Shown: piece after piece, positions 9,863 to 20,432 of the stretch | Layout of the letters: each line of letters begins with the position of its first letter | Position numbering within the stretch: position 1 is the stretch's first letter | Assembly (NCBI GenBank): GCA_965219995.1 | Contig: CBDCOX010000002.1 | Location: forward strand, 2,496,001 to 2,560,000 | DNA from: Candidatus Latescibacterota bacterium | GTDB taxonomy: Bacteria; Latescibacterota; UBA2968; GCA-2709665 | Direction of reading: 5' to 3' | DNA length: 64,000 nucleotides | Position numbers and translations under genes: made by a program | The notes under the pieces: model-generated | Told to the model about the DNA's origin: nothing | Seen by the model: only the letters and a program-made list of their open reading frames with translations | The model's database searches: none

Positions 9863-11089
9863 ATGCAACCGGTCGACCGCGATCGATTCCTGGAAGAGGG
9901 CTACCTTGTGGTCAAGGAGGCCATTCCCCGCGAGAAGCTGCAGGAAGTCCGCCGGGCCTACGAGACGCTGGTGAACCGCCAGCGCGAAAACTGGAAGGCC
10001 ATGCGAAAGGAAGGCGACCCGCCGGGAGGCGAGTGGGAGACGAGCCCGCAACCCCGCCTCATGCTCCAGCGGCCGCCGCTGATCCGCGGGATCGACGCGA
10101 AGGCCGCGCCCGCGGTCGAGGTGTGGCTGGAGCCGAATATCCAGGGCGTCAGCTCCCGGCTTCTGGACGTTGCGGACGCGGCGGTAACCGAAATGATGAT
10201 GATGTGCAATCCGGTCCGCGACCACGGCCCCGCCAAGTGGCATCGCGACCACCACCCGATCGACACCGCCCCCCTCCAGGGGTATATCGACGACATCCTC
10301 GAAGGGGGACCCCGCTACGTCCAATGGAACATCCCCCTTTACGACGACAGCGTCCTGGTGGTGATTCCGGGCAGCCACATGAGGTTCAACACGACAGAGG
10401 AAAACGAGTACCTGCTGGCCGACCCTTGCCGGCCCCTGCCGAACGGCGTCCGGACCCAACTCAAAGCGGGAGACGGCGTTGTCTACATCCTCCCGCTTCT
10501 CCACTGGGGCAGCAATTACAGCCCCAGGTTGAGACGGACCATACACGGCGGGTTTTCCACCCACACGTCAATTGACGATCTTTCGTTCGCGGAACACGTT
10601 TCGACGGGAACGGCAGCCGCGTTCGAGCGCTGGAACAGACGGAGCCTGGAGATGAAGAGCCACACGGAAGAAGCGCTCAGAGCGGTTGTCGAATGCGACG
10701 GGGAGGGTTACAACGAGGCGTTGAACCGGCTTCATCCGGTCCGGGGCGAAAAGGGAAAGATGCTATCCACGGTCTTCCTGTGCAAGGCCGCATTGGCGAT
10801 CCGACTTGCCAAAAACGCGCCGTATCCGGACGTTCCGGAAGACCTGTCCCGCCGGCTCCGCGGCGGAGCCCATCCGATTACGCTCAACTGGGGTCCGGCG
10901 TTCGCGGAGCGGTTCGACGAATCAGAGGCGGAGACGTTGTGGAAACGGTTCGAGCCGCTGGACCGGCTGCTCCGGTCGGATGCGGAGCATTTCGTGCCGG
11001 GGTTCCAATCCGGGCCGATGAAATATCACTTCAACGAGATGCCGGAGGATTACACGACGTCGGACTTCATCGCGGGATGGGCTTCGTAA
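9863..11089 (+). CDS. Phytanoyl-CoA dioxygenase family protein with C-terminal extension
   Basis: FLEEGYLVVK, WHRD, VIPGSH, LHWG..RRTIH; start set at ATG 9863 after GGAGG. Confidence 0.82.
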   Translation: MQPVDRDRFLEEGYLVVKEAIPREKLQEVRRAYETLVNRQRENWKAMRKEGDPPGGEWETSPQPRLMLQRPPLIRGIDAKAAPAVEVWLEPNIQGVSSRLLDVADAAVTEMMMMCNPVRDHGPAKWHRDHHPIDTAPLQGYIDDILEGGPRYVQWNIPLYDDSVLVVIPGSHMRFNTTEENEYLLADPCRPLPNGVRTQLKAGDGVVYILPLLHWGSNYSPRLRRTIHGGFSTHTSIDDLSFAEHVSTGTAAAFERWNRRSLEMKSHTEEALRAVVECDGEGYNEALNRLHPVRGEKGKMLSTVFLCKAALAIRLAKNAPYPDVPEDLSRRLRGGAHPITLNWGPAFAERFDESEAETLWKRFEPLDRLLRSDAEHFVPGFQSGPMKYHFNEMPEDYTTSDFIAGWAS

Positions 11090-11188
11090 CGAGGGGCGCC
11101 GCGTCGGCCTGGCCGTCTGAGCGCTGACGTGCCGCCTGTCAGTCCGCGGCGAATGACAAAAGACGCTCGGGCATCAAGCAATGCCGCA

Positions 11189-11509
11189 GTAGATCCTTCG
11201 TCAGCCGGCCTGCCGATGATTCTTTGGCAGGCCGCACCGCTTCCTCAGGATGACATGTTGGGCTAATGAATGACGGACAGTTTTCAACGAAGGCTATTGT
11301 AAAGCGTGTCATTCTGAGCCAAGTCACCGTGCGCCAATCGAAACGTGGTCATTGCTTGCGCTGAGCTTGCCGAAGTGGCTTGTCGAAATGCCCGTGTTTC
11401 GGTGGCAGTGACACCCCCCACCGCATCAGCCGTCGCCGACTGCTCGATCCTTCGGTAGTTTCAGGGCGTCGGCTCGGCTTCTGCGACTCCCCCTCAAGGG
11501 GGGAGTGAT
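11189..11509. repeat. Cluster of REP-like elements (GATCCTTCG..TTCCTCAGGATGACA; CATTGAGCTTGTCGAAATGCCC type; family A copy 2 at 11414-11509)
   Basis: Motifs shared with 2541, 12043, 17090, 54433, 55311 and 55370. Confidence 0.8.
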
Positions 11510-11613
11510 CGCGATGTTCCGCCGATCAGGTCGAGCACGATTCCAGACATTCAGGTACTGTCCGGCGCGGCAGGAGATACTTCGACAGAGGGAGCGGCAG
11601 GCGTTGGAGGGGC

Positions 11614-11829
11614 TTACTCAGAGGCGTCTAAGCGTGCTTCGTTTTTGGCAATGTGTTCGCCGAAAGAATCCAAGCGGGTGTCGATCCGATCCAGGCGGGC
11701 TTCGATCTTGTCAAAGCGAGCGTCCATTCTGCCTTCGAGTCTGTTTGTAAGCGTCCACATGGCGCCTGTCAGGGTGAACAGAAAGACGGCCATGCGGATG
11801 TTATCGGCACTGAAGATTTTCCCTATCAT
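11614..11829 (-). CDS. Small membrane-anchored coiled-coil protein
   Basis: 71 aa: one hydrophobic helix then heptads RMDARFDKIEARLDRIDTRLD; GGAG RBS. Confidence 0.7.
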   Translation of the reverse strand: MIGKIFSADNIRMAVFLFTLTGAMWTLTNRLEGRMDARFDKIEARLDRIDTRLDSFGEHIAKNEARLDASE

Positions 11830-12112
11830 GGCATACTCCGCCTGCGTTGTTTACTGGAAGAATATCCAGGTTATCAAATCTTGTCAAGGACAAATATACA
11901 ACTTGCGAGAGGGTGCGATCACACATCGTCCGGGGCGACAGGAGATACTTCCTCAACCTGGTGGCTTCCTTTATCGGTCTCCAGGCCGGCAGAACGAAAT
12001 CGAGGCAGGCAGACAGGAATGTCTGCCCCACCTTCACAGCGGCTTCCTCAGGATGACAGTTTTGGCAAGCGTGTGACCGACATGTTTCGCGAACGACGAT
12101 CTGCCGCACCGG

Positions 12113-15028
12113 CTAAAACACAAAGATGTCCTCAAGACCGACCTCGCTGACCGTGCCGAATTTCTCCAGCGCCGCGAGGTCGATTTTGTTTTTGTCCCCG
12201 ACGATGGAAATCAGCTTGACGCGGTTCTTCAGGTTCTTCCCGTAGAACCCCAGCATGTCGTCCATATCCGCGGCCTGGATTCTCTCGAATCGCGACTTTC
12301 GGGGATCCACGGGAACGCCCAGACGTTCCCAGGAACGAACGGATCCCAGGACCCGTCGAAAGCCGATTTTGCTGGTGCGGTATCTGTTCAGAATGGAGGT
12401 GCGGGCCTCTTCGAATCGCTCGGGTGTGACCGGCATGTTGTCGATCAGGTCGATGAACGCTTCCACGGCTTCGATCGTCTTGTCGGGCTGGCATGCGATG
12501 GATCCCGCCAGGAGGTTCTGGTCTCCCTTCCGGTTGCCGTTGAAGTACCGCGCCCAGGCCGAGTAGGCCAGCGCGCGGGCTTCCCGCAGTTCCTGGAAGA
12601 CGATGCCGCTCATCCCGCCGCCGAAATAGCTGTTGTAGAGTTCCGTTTCGGGAACGGACGCCTCGCTGTAATCCACGTCGCCGAATTCGATGTAGACGAG
12701 CGCCTGGGCGAGGGATTTGTTAAAAAAGCGGATTTCGGTCTTGTCGGGCGTCCTGGCCTTATAGAACCGGTACGGCGGCGGGTCATCCAGTTCGCCTGAG
12801 ATCCGATGGGTTTTCTTCAGCGCCGCCGTCACCCGTTCAAGGGGAAGAGAACCGGTATACGCGATCGTGTGCTTGTACTTCAACAGGCCCCGCACCAGCC
12901 CGTGAAGTTCCTCCACCGAAAGTTCCCGCAACGCGTCATTCGGCAGCATACGCAGGTAGCGTGACTCTTTGCCGTATCGGTTGTTCAGGACAACGCCGCC
13001 CTGAATGGTGCGGTGATTTTTTTTCGTGTCTTCGCGCTCCCCGAGAATGATGCCGACAAGCTGTTCGAGTGTCGCCTTGTCCGCCGACGGGTTGCTCACA
13101 AGCTCAGCCATCAGCTCCAGCGAGGCATCGAAGTTCTCGTCGAGGCCGGAAATGGTCACAGTGGTTTCATTGTTCCCCGCCGACAGGGAGAATTCAGTGC
13201 CGAGTTTGTACCACTCCTTCTTGAGGGCTTCGGAGGTGTGGCGTCCGGTACCCGACTTGTCGAGCAAGCGGGCGGCAACACCCATCCTGTTGTTCTGGTT
13301 GTTCCCGAGGTCCACCGTAAAGCTGAGCGTAAAGAGATCGTTGATCGGGTTGCGGGAATAGTAGAGCCGGACGCCGTCGTGGTATTCCGCGATCCGGTAG
13401 TCCTTGTCCGGATCGACAAACGTCGGCTCGATTTCTTCCGCGGGCATGGACAGTACGTTGCCGGCAAAAACGGACTGCCGGGTGGCGTCGATTTCGATCT
13501 TGTCGATCTGCGGTTTCGGAATTTTGGGAATTTCGTGCTGTTCATCCAACCGGTACCCGGCAACGTAGTTGTCCGCGAAGTATTTCCGTGCGACGCGGAC
13601 AACGTCCTCTTTGGTGACCTTTTCAAGTCGGGCGATCTCTCCGGCGGTATGGCTCCAGTCCTGGTGTGCAAGGAATGAATTCCGCATCCGGCGCACCCGG
13701 GCATTGTCCGACTCCATTTCTCTCTTCTCGTGCTTCTTGAAGTCGGTGACGATGGCGGGCAGAATCCAGTCTTCGAAACCCCCGCTCTTGACGATTTCAA
13801 TCTGATCCAGCAGCAGTTGTTCGAGTTCCTCCAGTGTCTGGCCCTTTTTGGGAATGCCCCACAGATACTGGGCGCCGTGGTCGTTGTACAGGGTGGGGTA
13901 CGATCCGGCCCTGCGTACCCTTTGTTTCTGGTTCAGGTTGAGGTTGATCAGTCCGGCCGTGGCGTTGTCCAGGATCATATCCAGGAGTTTGAGCGCGTCC
14001 GCGTCTTCGTGATTCCTTGACGCGGTCCGGAACGCCAGAAGCGCGAACTCTTCTCCCTGGTATTTGACCTTCGCCCGTTCGACGCCGTTGAGAGGCGCTT
14101 CCTTCCAGTCGGGCAACTGAGGCAGGGTACCCTTGCGCCACCCGGAGAAATGCCGGTCGATGAGTTTGATCGTTTCGTCGATCCGGATGTCCCCCGAGAT
14201 CGCGATCGCCATATTGTTGGGCACGTAATAGGTATTGTAAAACCGGTACATGTTTTTCAGCGACGGATTCTTCAGGTGTTCCACCTTTCCGATCGTGGTC
14301 TGCTGGCCGTAGGGATGTTCCTTGTATAGCAAATCGGCAACCGCGTAACTGATGATCCGGTCTTTGTTGTCCATCGACCGGTTCTTTTCTTCGTACACGG
14401 TCTCAAGTTCGGACTGGAACAGCCGGAAGACGGCGTTCCGGAAACGTTCGGATTCGATGACCGCCCAGTGACGCAGCCGGTTGGCAGGCAGATTGATCCT
14501 GTAGACCGTCTCTTCGTGCCAGGTATGGGCGTTCAGCCCGGTGCCGCCCATGGCTTTGTAGAGCTTGTCTATCTCGTTTGGTATGGCGTACGCGGCCGCA
14601 AGCTGGGACTCCTTGTTGATCTCGGCGTAGATGGCTTTCCGCTTTTCCGGGTCTGTTTCGGTGAAGTGCTCCTCATAGAGACTGGTGATGCGGTCGAGAT
14701 GCGCTTTTTCCTTCTCGTAGTCCAGTGAGCCGATGTTTTGGGTGCCCTTGAACAACATATGCTCCAGGTAATGCGCCAGTCCGGTGGATTCGGCCGGATC
14801 GTGTTTGCTGCCCGCCCGTACGATGATTTCCGCGTAAAAGCGAGGCGTCTGATGGTTTTCGGTGAGATAGACGGTAAGTCCGTTGTCCAGGCGATAGATA
14901 TGTACCGCCATCGGATCGTCGGAACCGGGTTCGTGAATCCGGGTGTACGCGGCATCGAGGCTGGATAACGGACTGCAGAGAACGGCGACGAGAAGAAATG
15001 CGGACGACGCGAAACGCAACTGACGCAT
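12113..15028 (-). CDS. M16 (insulinase) family zinc peptidase, secreted
   Basis: Signal peptide, GLAHYLEHMLFKG (HxxEH), ELETVYEEK, second M16 half with FQELREARALAYS. Confidence 0.95.
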   Translation of the reverse strand: MRQLRFASSAFLLVAVLCSPLSSLDAAYTRIHEPGSDDPMAVHIYRLDNGLTVYLTENHQTPRFYAEIIVRAGSKHDPAESTGLAHYLEHMLFKGTQNIGSLDYEKEKAHLDRITSLYEEHFTETDPEKRKAIYAEINKESQLAAAYAIPNEIDKLYKAMGGTGLNAHTWHEETVYRINLPANRLRHWAVIESERFRNAVFRLFQSELETVYEEKNRSMDNKDRIISYAVADLLYKEHPYGQQTTIGKVEHLKNPSLKNMYRFYNTYYVPNNMAIAISGDIRIDETIKLIDRHFSGWRKGTLPQLPDWKEAPLNGVERAKVKYQGEEFALLAFRTASRNHEDADALKLLDMILDNATAGLINLNLNQKQRVRRAGSYPTLYNDHGAQYLWGIPKKGQTLEELEQLLLDQIEIVKSGGFEDWILPAIVTDFKKHEKREMESDNARVRRMRNSFLAHQDWSHTAGEIARLEKVTKEDVVRVARKYFADNYVAGYRLDEQHEIPKIPKPQIDKIEIDATRQSVFAGNVLSMPAEEIEPTFVDPDKDYRIAEYHDGVRLYYSRNPINDLFTLSFTVDLGNNQNNRMGVAARLLDKSGTGRHTSEALKKEWYKLGTEFSLSAGNNETTVTISGLDENFDASLELMAELVSNPSADKATLEQLVGIILGEREDTKKNHRTIQGGVVLNNRYGKESRYLRMLPNDALRELSVEELHGLVRGLLKYKHTIAYTGSLPLERVTAALKKTHRISGELDDPPPYRFYKARTPDKTEIRFFNKSLAQALVYIEFGDVDYSEASVPETELYNSYFGGGMSGIVFQELREARALAYSAWARYFNGNRKGDQNLLAGSIACQPDKTIEAVEAFIDLIDNMPVTPERFEEARTSILNRYRTSKIGFRRVLGSVRSWERLGVPVDPRKSRFERIQAADMDDMLGFYGKNLKNRVKLISIVGDKNKIDLAALEKFGTVSEVGLEDIFVF

Positions 15029-15546
15029 GGTTGAATCTCCCTGTTGTGAATCCGATCGATCCTATGAAAGTCTACGGGATTTGACCGCGAAATCCTCGCG
15101 GCCGCCGACTTAGCCTGGATAACTCACTAAACATGAACTTACATGGATGGACAGGATGAACAGGATAAAGACCAAGAGCAGGACAAATGCTCATGATTCC
15201 GGGCCAAACCGGTGGATCCTTACCTCCGTGGGCAACGAAACATCACCCTGACCAATCAATTTCGTAGTTCATGAAATACTGTCGCAAAAACTTCGCTGAA
15301 TTTATTGAAAAACAACCCGTTATACATCAAAACCATGGGATTTCGTGAATAATCCACCTTAGCAATATAACAAGAGTGGCGGCTGAATTCAATCCCCCGC
15401 GGTGTTTCGGGTGGGTCCCGTGTCCGGGTGCCCCCGGCGCGCGGCGGTTCCATCCGTAAATCAATTGAGCGGCCGACATGATGTCGGCCGCTCTATGCAG
15501 GTTCCGTTCCCGGTCGGACGCGTAAAACCCTTCCCGCAACCCGCCG

Positions 15547-16809
15547 TTATTGAAGTTCCCCGGCCTGCGTCACCACCTTCCGGAATGCCTCCGCATGTTC
15601 CCTGATGACTTCCGGGCGATAGTGTTTGAACCACGGGATGGAAAAGAGACGATCCGACATCCGCTCCGTCTGCGGCAGGCTCCCCTCGCCCTGGCGCACG
15701 TCGGCGTCGGAATGCGCGACACGCGTGGGTTCTCCGTGGCCGTAGACGTCGGCCTCGTTCAGTACGGGATGCAAATGCATCAACAGGTTGGCCCCCGCCC
15801 CGCAGGAGGTCCCTTCGGCCCGCACGGCCTCGCAGAACTTCCGCAGGGACAGCCCGCCGAGTTCCTCCGGCACGTAGATGCCATGCGCGGCGTACCAGCC
15901 GCCCATCGTGCTGCCGGAGCCCTTCGGCGGCCTGTGGGGGCGCAGCCCCGGCGCGCCTTCGAGCAGGTCCCAGAAAGCGTTCATCGACCTGTCGATTTCT
16001 TCCATCCGTTCCCGGTAATGCCTGAGCTGGACGCGCCCGACGGCCGACGAAAGCTGGTGCATCCTGTATTTGAATCCGCCCAGAGGCAGGCCGGCGAACT
16101 TCTTCAACTCGGGATTTTCGATTTGCCCCGTACGCTCGTAATGGCCGAACGCAATCGCGCGCTCGTAGATCTCCTGGTCGTCGGTGACCAGCATCCCCGC
16201 CTCGCCGATCGCCAATGACTTTCCCGCCATGCAGGACATCGCGCCCACGTGGCCGATGCCGCCCGTCAGGCGCCCCTTGTACATCGCGCCGTGGGCGTGG
16301 GAGACGTCCTCGATCACCTTGATTCCGCGGGCGTTGGCGATCTCCATGATTGCATCCATATCCGTGGGATGGCCGAAGTAGTGGACCGCCACGATCGCCT
16401 TGGTTCTGTCCGTGATCTTCCGTTCCACGTCTGCCGGGTCCAGTGTGATCGTTTCCGGGTCGATATCCGCGTACACGATGGTCGCGCCGAGATTCATTGC
16501 CTGAATCACCGATGCCCAGAACGTCATACTCTGGCAGATGATTTCATCTCCCACACCCACGCCGCAGCCGAACATCGCCGAATGGATCGAAGAGGTACCC
16601 GTATTGTGCCCAAGCGCGTATTTCGTGCCAAACCAGTCGGCGTATTCCTTTTCAAACTGCACCGTGACGTCCGTTCCGGACATGGCCCCGCGGCGCAGCA
16701 CCTCCAGCGCGGCCTCTTCGTCTTCCTCTGTAATGATCGGCCAGGTGAACATGTCTCCAGGATCGGTCTTCACCGCCCTCGATCCACCCAGAATGGCCAG
16801 CTTGTCCAT
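15547..16809 (-). CDS. DegT/DnrJ/EryC1/StrS family PLP aminotransferase
   Basis: VIEDVSHAHGA, SCMAGKSLAIGEAG (PLP lysine). Confidence 0.92.
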   Translation of the reverse strand: MDKLAILGGSRAVKTDPGDMFTWPIITEEDEEAALEVLRRGAMSGTDVTVQFEKEYADWFGTKYALGHNTGTSSIHSAMFGCGVGVGDEIICQSMTFWASVIQAMNLGATIVYADIDPETITLDPADVERKITDRTKAIVAVHYFGHPTDMDAIMEIANARGIKVIEDVSHAHGAMYKGRLTGGIGHVGAMSCMAGKSLAIGEAGMLVTDDQEIYERAIAFGHYERTGQIENPELKKFAGLPLGGFKYRMHQLSSAVGRVQLRHYRERMEEIDRSMNAFWDLLEGAPGLRPHRPPKGSGSTMGGWYAAHGIYVPEELGGLSLRKFCEAVRAEGTSCGAGANLLMHLHPVLNEADVYGHGEPTRVAHSDADVRQGEGSLPQTERMSDRLFSIPWFKHYRPEVIREHAEAFRKVVTQAGELQ

Positions 16810-17077
16810 CTTCGAACCTCCTCAGGAACGTTCCACCCCTACAGTCAGGTTAATCGCCGAGATTCCATTCCGTTGGTTTCGCCGCAGCAATCGGTTTAAT
16901 ACCAAAATAAAACCGATTCCGCAAGCGAAATATGCCGCAATCCACCTTTCGCATTTCCCCTTGATTTTCAGCCATGAATTCGGTAATTAACGTCCCATCA
17001 CGAGAACGTCTCACCGTCGATTCACCGATTCACTTTGCGTTGGGAGCATTGCCTGTCGTCAGGCTGTGTAAGCCGCG

Positions 17078-17180
17078 ATTCGAAACGCGGTCATTGAGCT
17101 TGTCGAAATGCCCGCGTAACGAAACCTGTTCGGTGCCTTTCAACGCCCCTCGCCGACCCTTCGACAAGCTCAGGGAGCGG
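17078..17180. repeat. REP-like inverted pair (CATTGAGCTTGTCGAA ... TTCGACAAGCTCAGG)
   Basis: Arms are reverse complements; similar element at 54430-54500. Confidence 0.8.
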
Positions 17181-17317
17181 CTCAGGTCCATGGCACAGGT
17201 TGCTGAATGAATCGACGAATGCCAGCGGGACGACTCGGTGCCCAAATCTCTGCAATCTTTCTTCAGTGACAAAACACCAGCCATTTCGATGCCTATCGAA
17301 CACCACATCCGGTTTCC

Positions 17318-18295
17318 ATGTCCATCCTCATCACCGGTATCACGGGCCGAATCGGCGCCAACCTGGCCAGAGCGCTGGTAGAGCGGGGGCACCCCGTGCG
17401 CGGCCTGGTCTGGCCGCGGGATCCCCGCGTCGACAAGCTGAACGGCCTCGGGGTGGAGCTCGTCTCAGGAAGCCTCACGAATGCAGGCGAGGTACTGGCG
17501 GCCATGCGGGGCATCAAGACGGCCTATCACCTGGGCGCGGCCTTTCAGGGCGGCGGTCCGTTTTCCGAAGCCGACTATTTCGAAATCAACGTGCGCGGCA
17601 CGTTCAACATGCTCGAAGCCGCCAGAGCGCAGGACACGCCGCCGCGGTTCATTTTCGCGGGCACGGACGCCGTTTACGAAAAGTACGTCCCGGGGGGACT
17701 GGCCGAACCGATCCGGGAAGACCGGACACCGCGGCGCTGCCGCGGATGGTACGCGCTGTCCAAATCGCTCGGCGAAGAACTCTGTACCGGATACTGGCTC
17801 ACCTGCAAGCTGCCCGTGGTCGTGCTCCGGTTCTGCATGGTCTTCGGCGCGGGCGAGATTCTGGACTTTCCCCAATTCCGATTGAGCGGATTGAAAGGCC
17901 GTCCCGAATTCAAGGGCTCGTGGCGGGGAACGGAGCGCCTGGTGGTGCTCAGGGACCCGGAGGGCAGACCCTTCAAGAAACACGTCGCCGACGTGCGTGA
18001 CATCGTCCACGGCTGCGAACGTGCGATGTGCGCGGAGGGCGTTTCGGGTGAAATCATCCAGCTCGCGGGGCCTGCGCCATTCACCTGGGATGAAGCCGTC
18101 CCGTATCTTTCGGAACGTCTGGACGTCCCCTGTATCGAAGCCGTCCCGCGGGGAGACCCCACGTTCTACGAATTCGACCTGTCCAGGGCCCGGAAGCTGC
18201 TGGGGTTCAAGCCCCGGTACGATATACGAAAGATGATTGACGACGCCATGGCCTACCGGCGCGGGGATGACATCGGCGTCCTGGGAACGGATTAA
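17318..18295 (+). CDS. NAD-dependent epimerase/dehydratase (extended SDR)
   Basis: ILITGITGRIG, INVRGT, YALSK. Confidence 0.9.
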   Translation: MSILITGITGRIGANLARALVERGHPVRGLVWPRDPRVDKLNGLGVELVSGSLTNAGEVLAAMRGIKTAYHLGAAFQGGGPFSEADYFEINVRGTFNMLEAARAQDTPPRFIFAGTDAVYEKYVPGGLAEPIREDRTPRRCRGWYALSKSLGEELCTGYWLTCKLPVVVLRFCMVFGAGEILDFPQFRLSGLKGRPEFKGSWRGTERLVVLRDPEGRPFKKHVADVRDIVHGCERAMCAEGVSGEIIQLAGPAPFTWDEAVPYLSERLDVPCIEAVPRGDPTFYEFDLSRARKLLGFKPRYDIRKMIDDAMAYRRGDDIGVLGTD

Positions 18296-18305
18296 GGGGG
18301 AAGCC

Positions 18306-19067
18306 ATGTCTTCAGAATGCACCTTCTGGCCTGGAGGCGCCCGGGGCGCCGTAAGCCTGACATTCGACGACGGCCTCGAAACGCAACTGGACCATGCGAT
18401 TCCCTGTCTGGACGAAGTGAACCTGAAGGGGACGTTCTACGTCAACCCCGGCCGTTCCCAACTCTGGGAATCGCAGGTCCCCCGATGGCAGCAGGCCAGT
18501 AAGGGCGGTCACGAACTCGGCAATCACACCTCGATGCATCCCTGTTCCTGCAACTTCGGATTTCGCAATGACGGCTATTGTCTCGAAAACCTGGGGCTGG
18601 ATGACATCGCGCGCACCATCGACGAAGCCACCGAAGACCTGAACCGCCTGTTTCCCGAACAACAGGGCGACCGGACGTTCTGCTATCCCTGTTACCAGAC
18701 GTACGTGGGCGCCGGCGAAAACCGGCAATCCTATGTCCCGGTCGTCGCGCGCCGGTTCAAGGCCGCCAGGGGCTGGGGCGAACGCGCCAATCATCCGGAA
18801 CGGATCGACCTGGCCTGCACCTGGTCCCTGCCCGTAGACGGACACACCGGAGCAGAGATGGTCGCGTTCATCGATAACGCTGTCAGCGACGGTCTCTGGG
18901 CCGTTATCTGCATGCACGGCGTCGGCGGCCAGCATCTCTCCATTTCAACGTCGTCTTTGAGGGAAGTCGTTCAATATCTGGACGCCAACCGGGACAGGAT
19001 CTGGACCGCCACGATGATCGACGCCGCCAACCGTATCCTGCGGCATCGTCGCTCCCGGGACGGATAA
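18306..19067 (+). CDS. Polysaccharide deacetylase (NodB/CE4) family protein
   Basis: VSLTFDDG, HELGNHTSMHP, FCYP, ICMHG. Confidence 0.9.
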   Translation: MSSECTFWPGGARGAVSLTFDDGLETQLDHAIPCLDEVNLKGTFYVNPGRSQLWESQVPRWQQASKGGHELGNHTSMHPCSCNFGFRNDGYCLENLGLDDIARTIDEATEDLNRLFPEQQGDRTFCYPCYQTYVGAGENRQSYVPVVARRFKAARGWGERANHPERIDLACTWSLPVDGHTGAEMVAFIDNAVSDGLWAVICMHGVGGQHLSISTSSLREVVQYLDANRDRIWTATMIDAANRILRHRRSRDG

Positions 19068-19126
19068 CGGGAACATCCGCTTCGCGGACCCCCTCTACAC
19101 AGGAGCGACGACAAAGGGGATTTCGC

Positions 19127-20233
19127 ATGATCGTACAGACTCATCTCATCGGATGCCGCAAAGCCGACCTGGACACGCCGGCGCTCCTGGTGGACCTGCC
19201 CACGCTTGAACGCAACACCAGGAAGATGGCGGACACCATTATCCACAAAGCGGGCGTCCAGTGGCGGCCTCACACGAAAGGCATGAAGACCCCGGCGCTC
19301 GCCCACAGGCTGCTGGAAGCGGGCGCCATCGGCATTACCTGCGCCAAACTCGGCGAGGCCGAAGTGATGGCCGGCGGCGGCGTCAACGACATCCTTATTG
19401 CCAACCAGATCGTGGGCCCCCGCAAAATCGCGCGCCTCGTCAACCTTCGGAAACAGGCCGACGTCATGGTCTGCGTTGACGATGAAAGCAACGTTCGCCA
19501 GCTCGACCGCGCCGCCGTGGAGAAAGGCGTGCGCGTCCGGGTGCTGATCGAGGTCGACGTGGGAATGAACCGCGCGGGCGTTGTGCCGGGGGACCCGGTT
19601 CTATCGCTTGCGCGGACCATCGCCGCATGCCCGGGTCTGAAACTGTCGGGCCTGATGACGTGGGAAGCGCACACGCTGGCCATAAAGGACCCCGGCGAAA
19701 AACGGCGGATCATCACGGAGTCCCTGTCGAAACTCACGGACAGCGCGGACCTGTGCCGCCGCAGCGGTTTCCGTATCGACATTCTCAGTTGCGGCGGTAC
19801 CGGCACGTACTGGATCAGCGCTTTCCATCCAGGCGTCACCGAGATCGAAGCCGGCGGCGGCATCTTCGGCGACATCCGGTACCGAACCGTCTTCGGGGTG
19901 CAGCACGAATACGCCCTCACGGTGCTTTCCACCGTCACCAGCCGCCCCACGCCCACCCGCATCATCTGCGACGCGGGAAAGAAGACGATGAGCAGCGACT
20001 CATCCGTCCCGGCGCCGATCGGCATCCCCGACGTCACCCTGGTAAGCCTTTCCGCCGAACACGGAAAGATTGAACTGGGTGCGCCCGCGGAGACCCCGGG
20101 AGTTGGCGAAACCATCGAATTCGTGGCGGGATACTCCGATACGACGGTGGTCCTGCACGACGAGCTCTACGGAATCCGCGACGGCGTGGTCGAAGCCGTC
20201 TGGCCGCTTCCGGCCCGCGGCCGCCTGCAGTGA
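19127..20233 (+). CDS. DSD1 family PLP enzyme (D-threonine aldolase / D-serine dehydratase-like)
   Basis: LDTPALLVD, RPHTKGMK, EVDVGMNRAG, GGTGT, DAGKK, SAEHG. Confidence 0.9.
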   Translation: MIVQTHLIGCRKADLDTPALLVDLPTLERNTRKMADTIIHKAGVQWRPHTKGMKTPALAHRLLEAGAIGITCAKLGEAEVMAGGGVNDILIANQIVGPRKIARLVNLRKQADVMVCVDDESNVRQLDRAAVEKGVRVRVLIEVDVGMNRAGVVPGDPVLSLARTIAACPGLKLSGLMTWEAHTLAIKDPGEKRRIITESLSKLTDSADLCRRSGFRIDILSCGGTGTYWISAFHPGVTEIEAGGGIFGDIRYRTVFGVQHEYALTVLSTVTSRPTPTRIICDAGKKTMSSDSSVPAPIGIPDVTLVSLSAEHGKIELGAPAETPGVGETIEFVAGYSDTTVVLHDELYGIRDGVVEAVWPLPARGRLQ

Positions 20234-20354
20234 CAACTCCCGCCCCGTACGGCGTCCTCCCGCTGCCGGAGGCCGACGCGAAACGACCGGAAACAGCCGC
20301 TCGAGACCGCACATTCCATCGCTCGAACGACCTCCGGTTTCGGCCAGTTTTGTA

Positions 20355-20383
20355 TTGACGAATTTGGCATAAATCGTTATCAT
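20355..20383 (+). promoter_or_regulatory. Sigma70-type promoter of the frd operon
   Basis: TTGACG-N17-TATCAT, 50 bp upstream of frdA. Confidence 0.7.
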
Positions 20384-20432
20384 AAGTGCTCTTTACGAAG
20401 GAACCGAACGCGATCCATCCGCGGGGACTTAA

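Noticed and set aside
15120-15400. Possible small RNA or gene in the AT-rich gap (GGATGGACAGGATGAACAGGAT motif)
   Set aside because: Single occurrence in the window, no convincing ORF or fold; probably promoter DNA plus a repeat remnant
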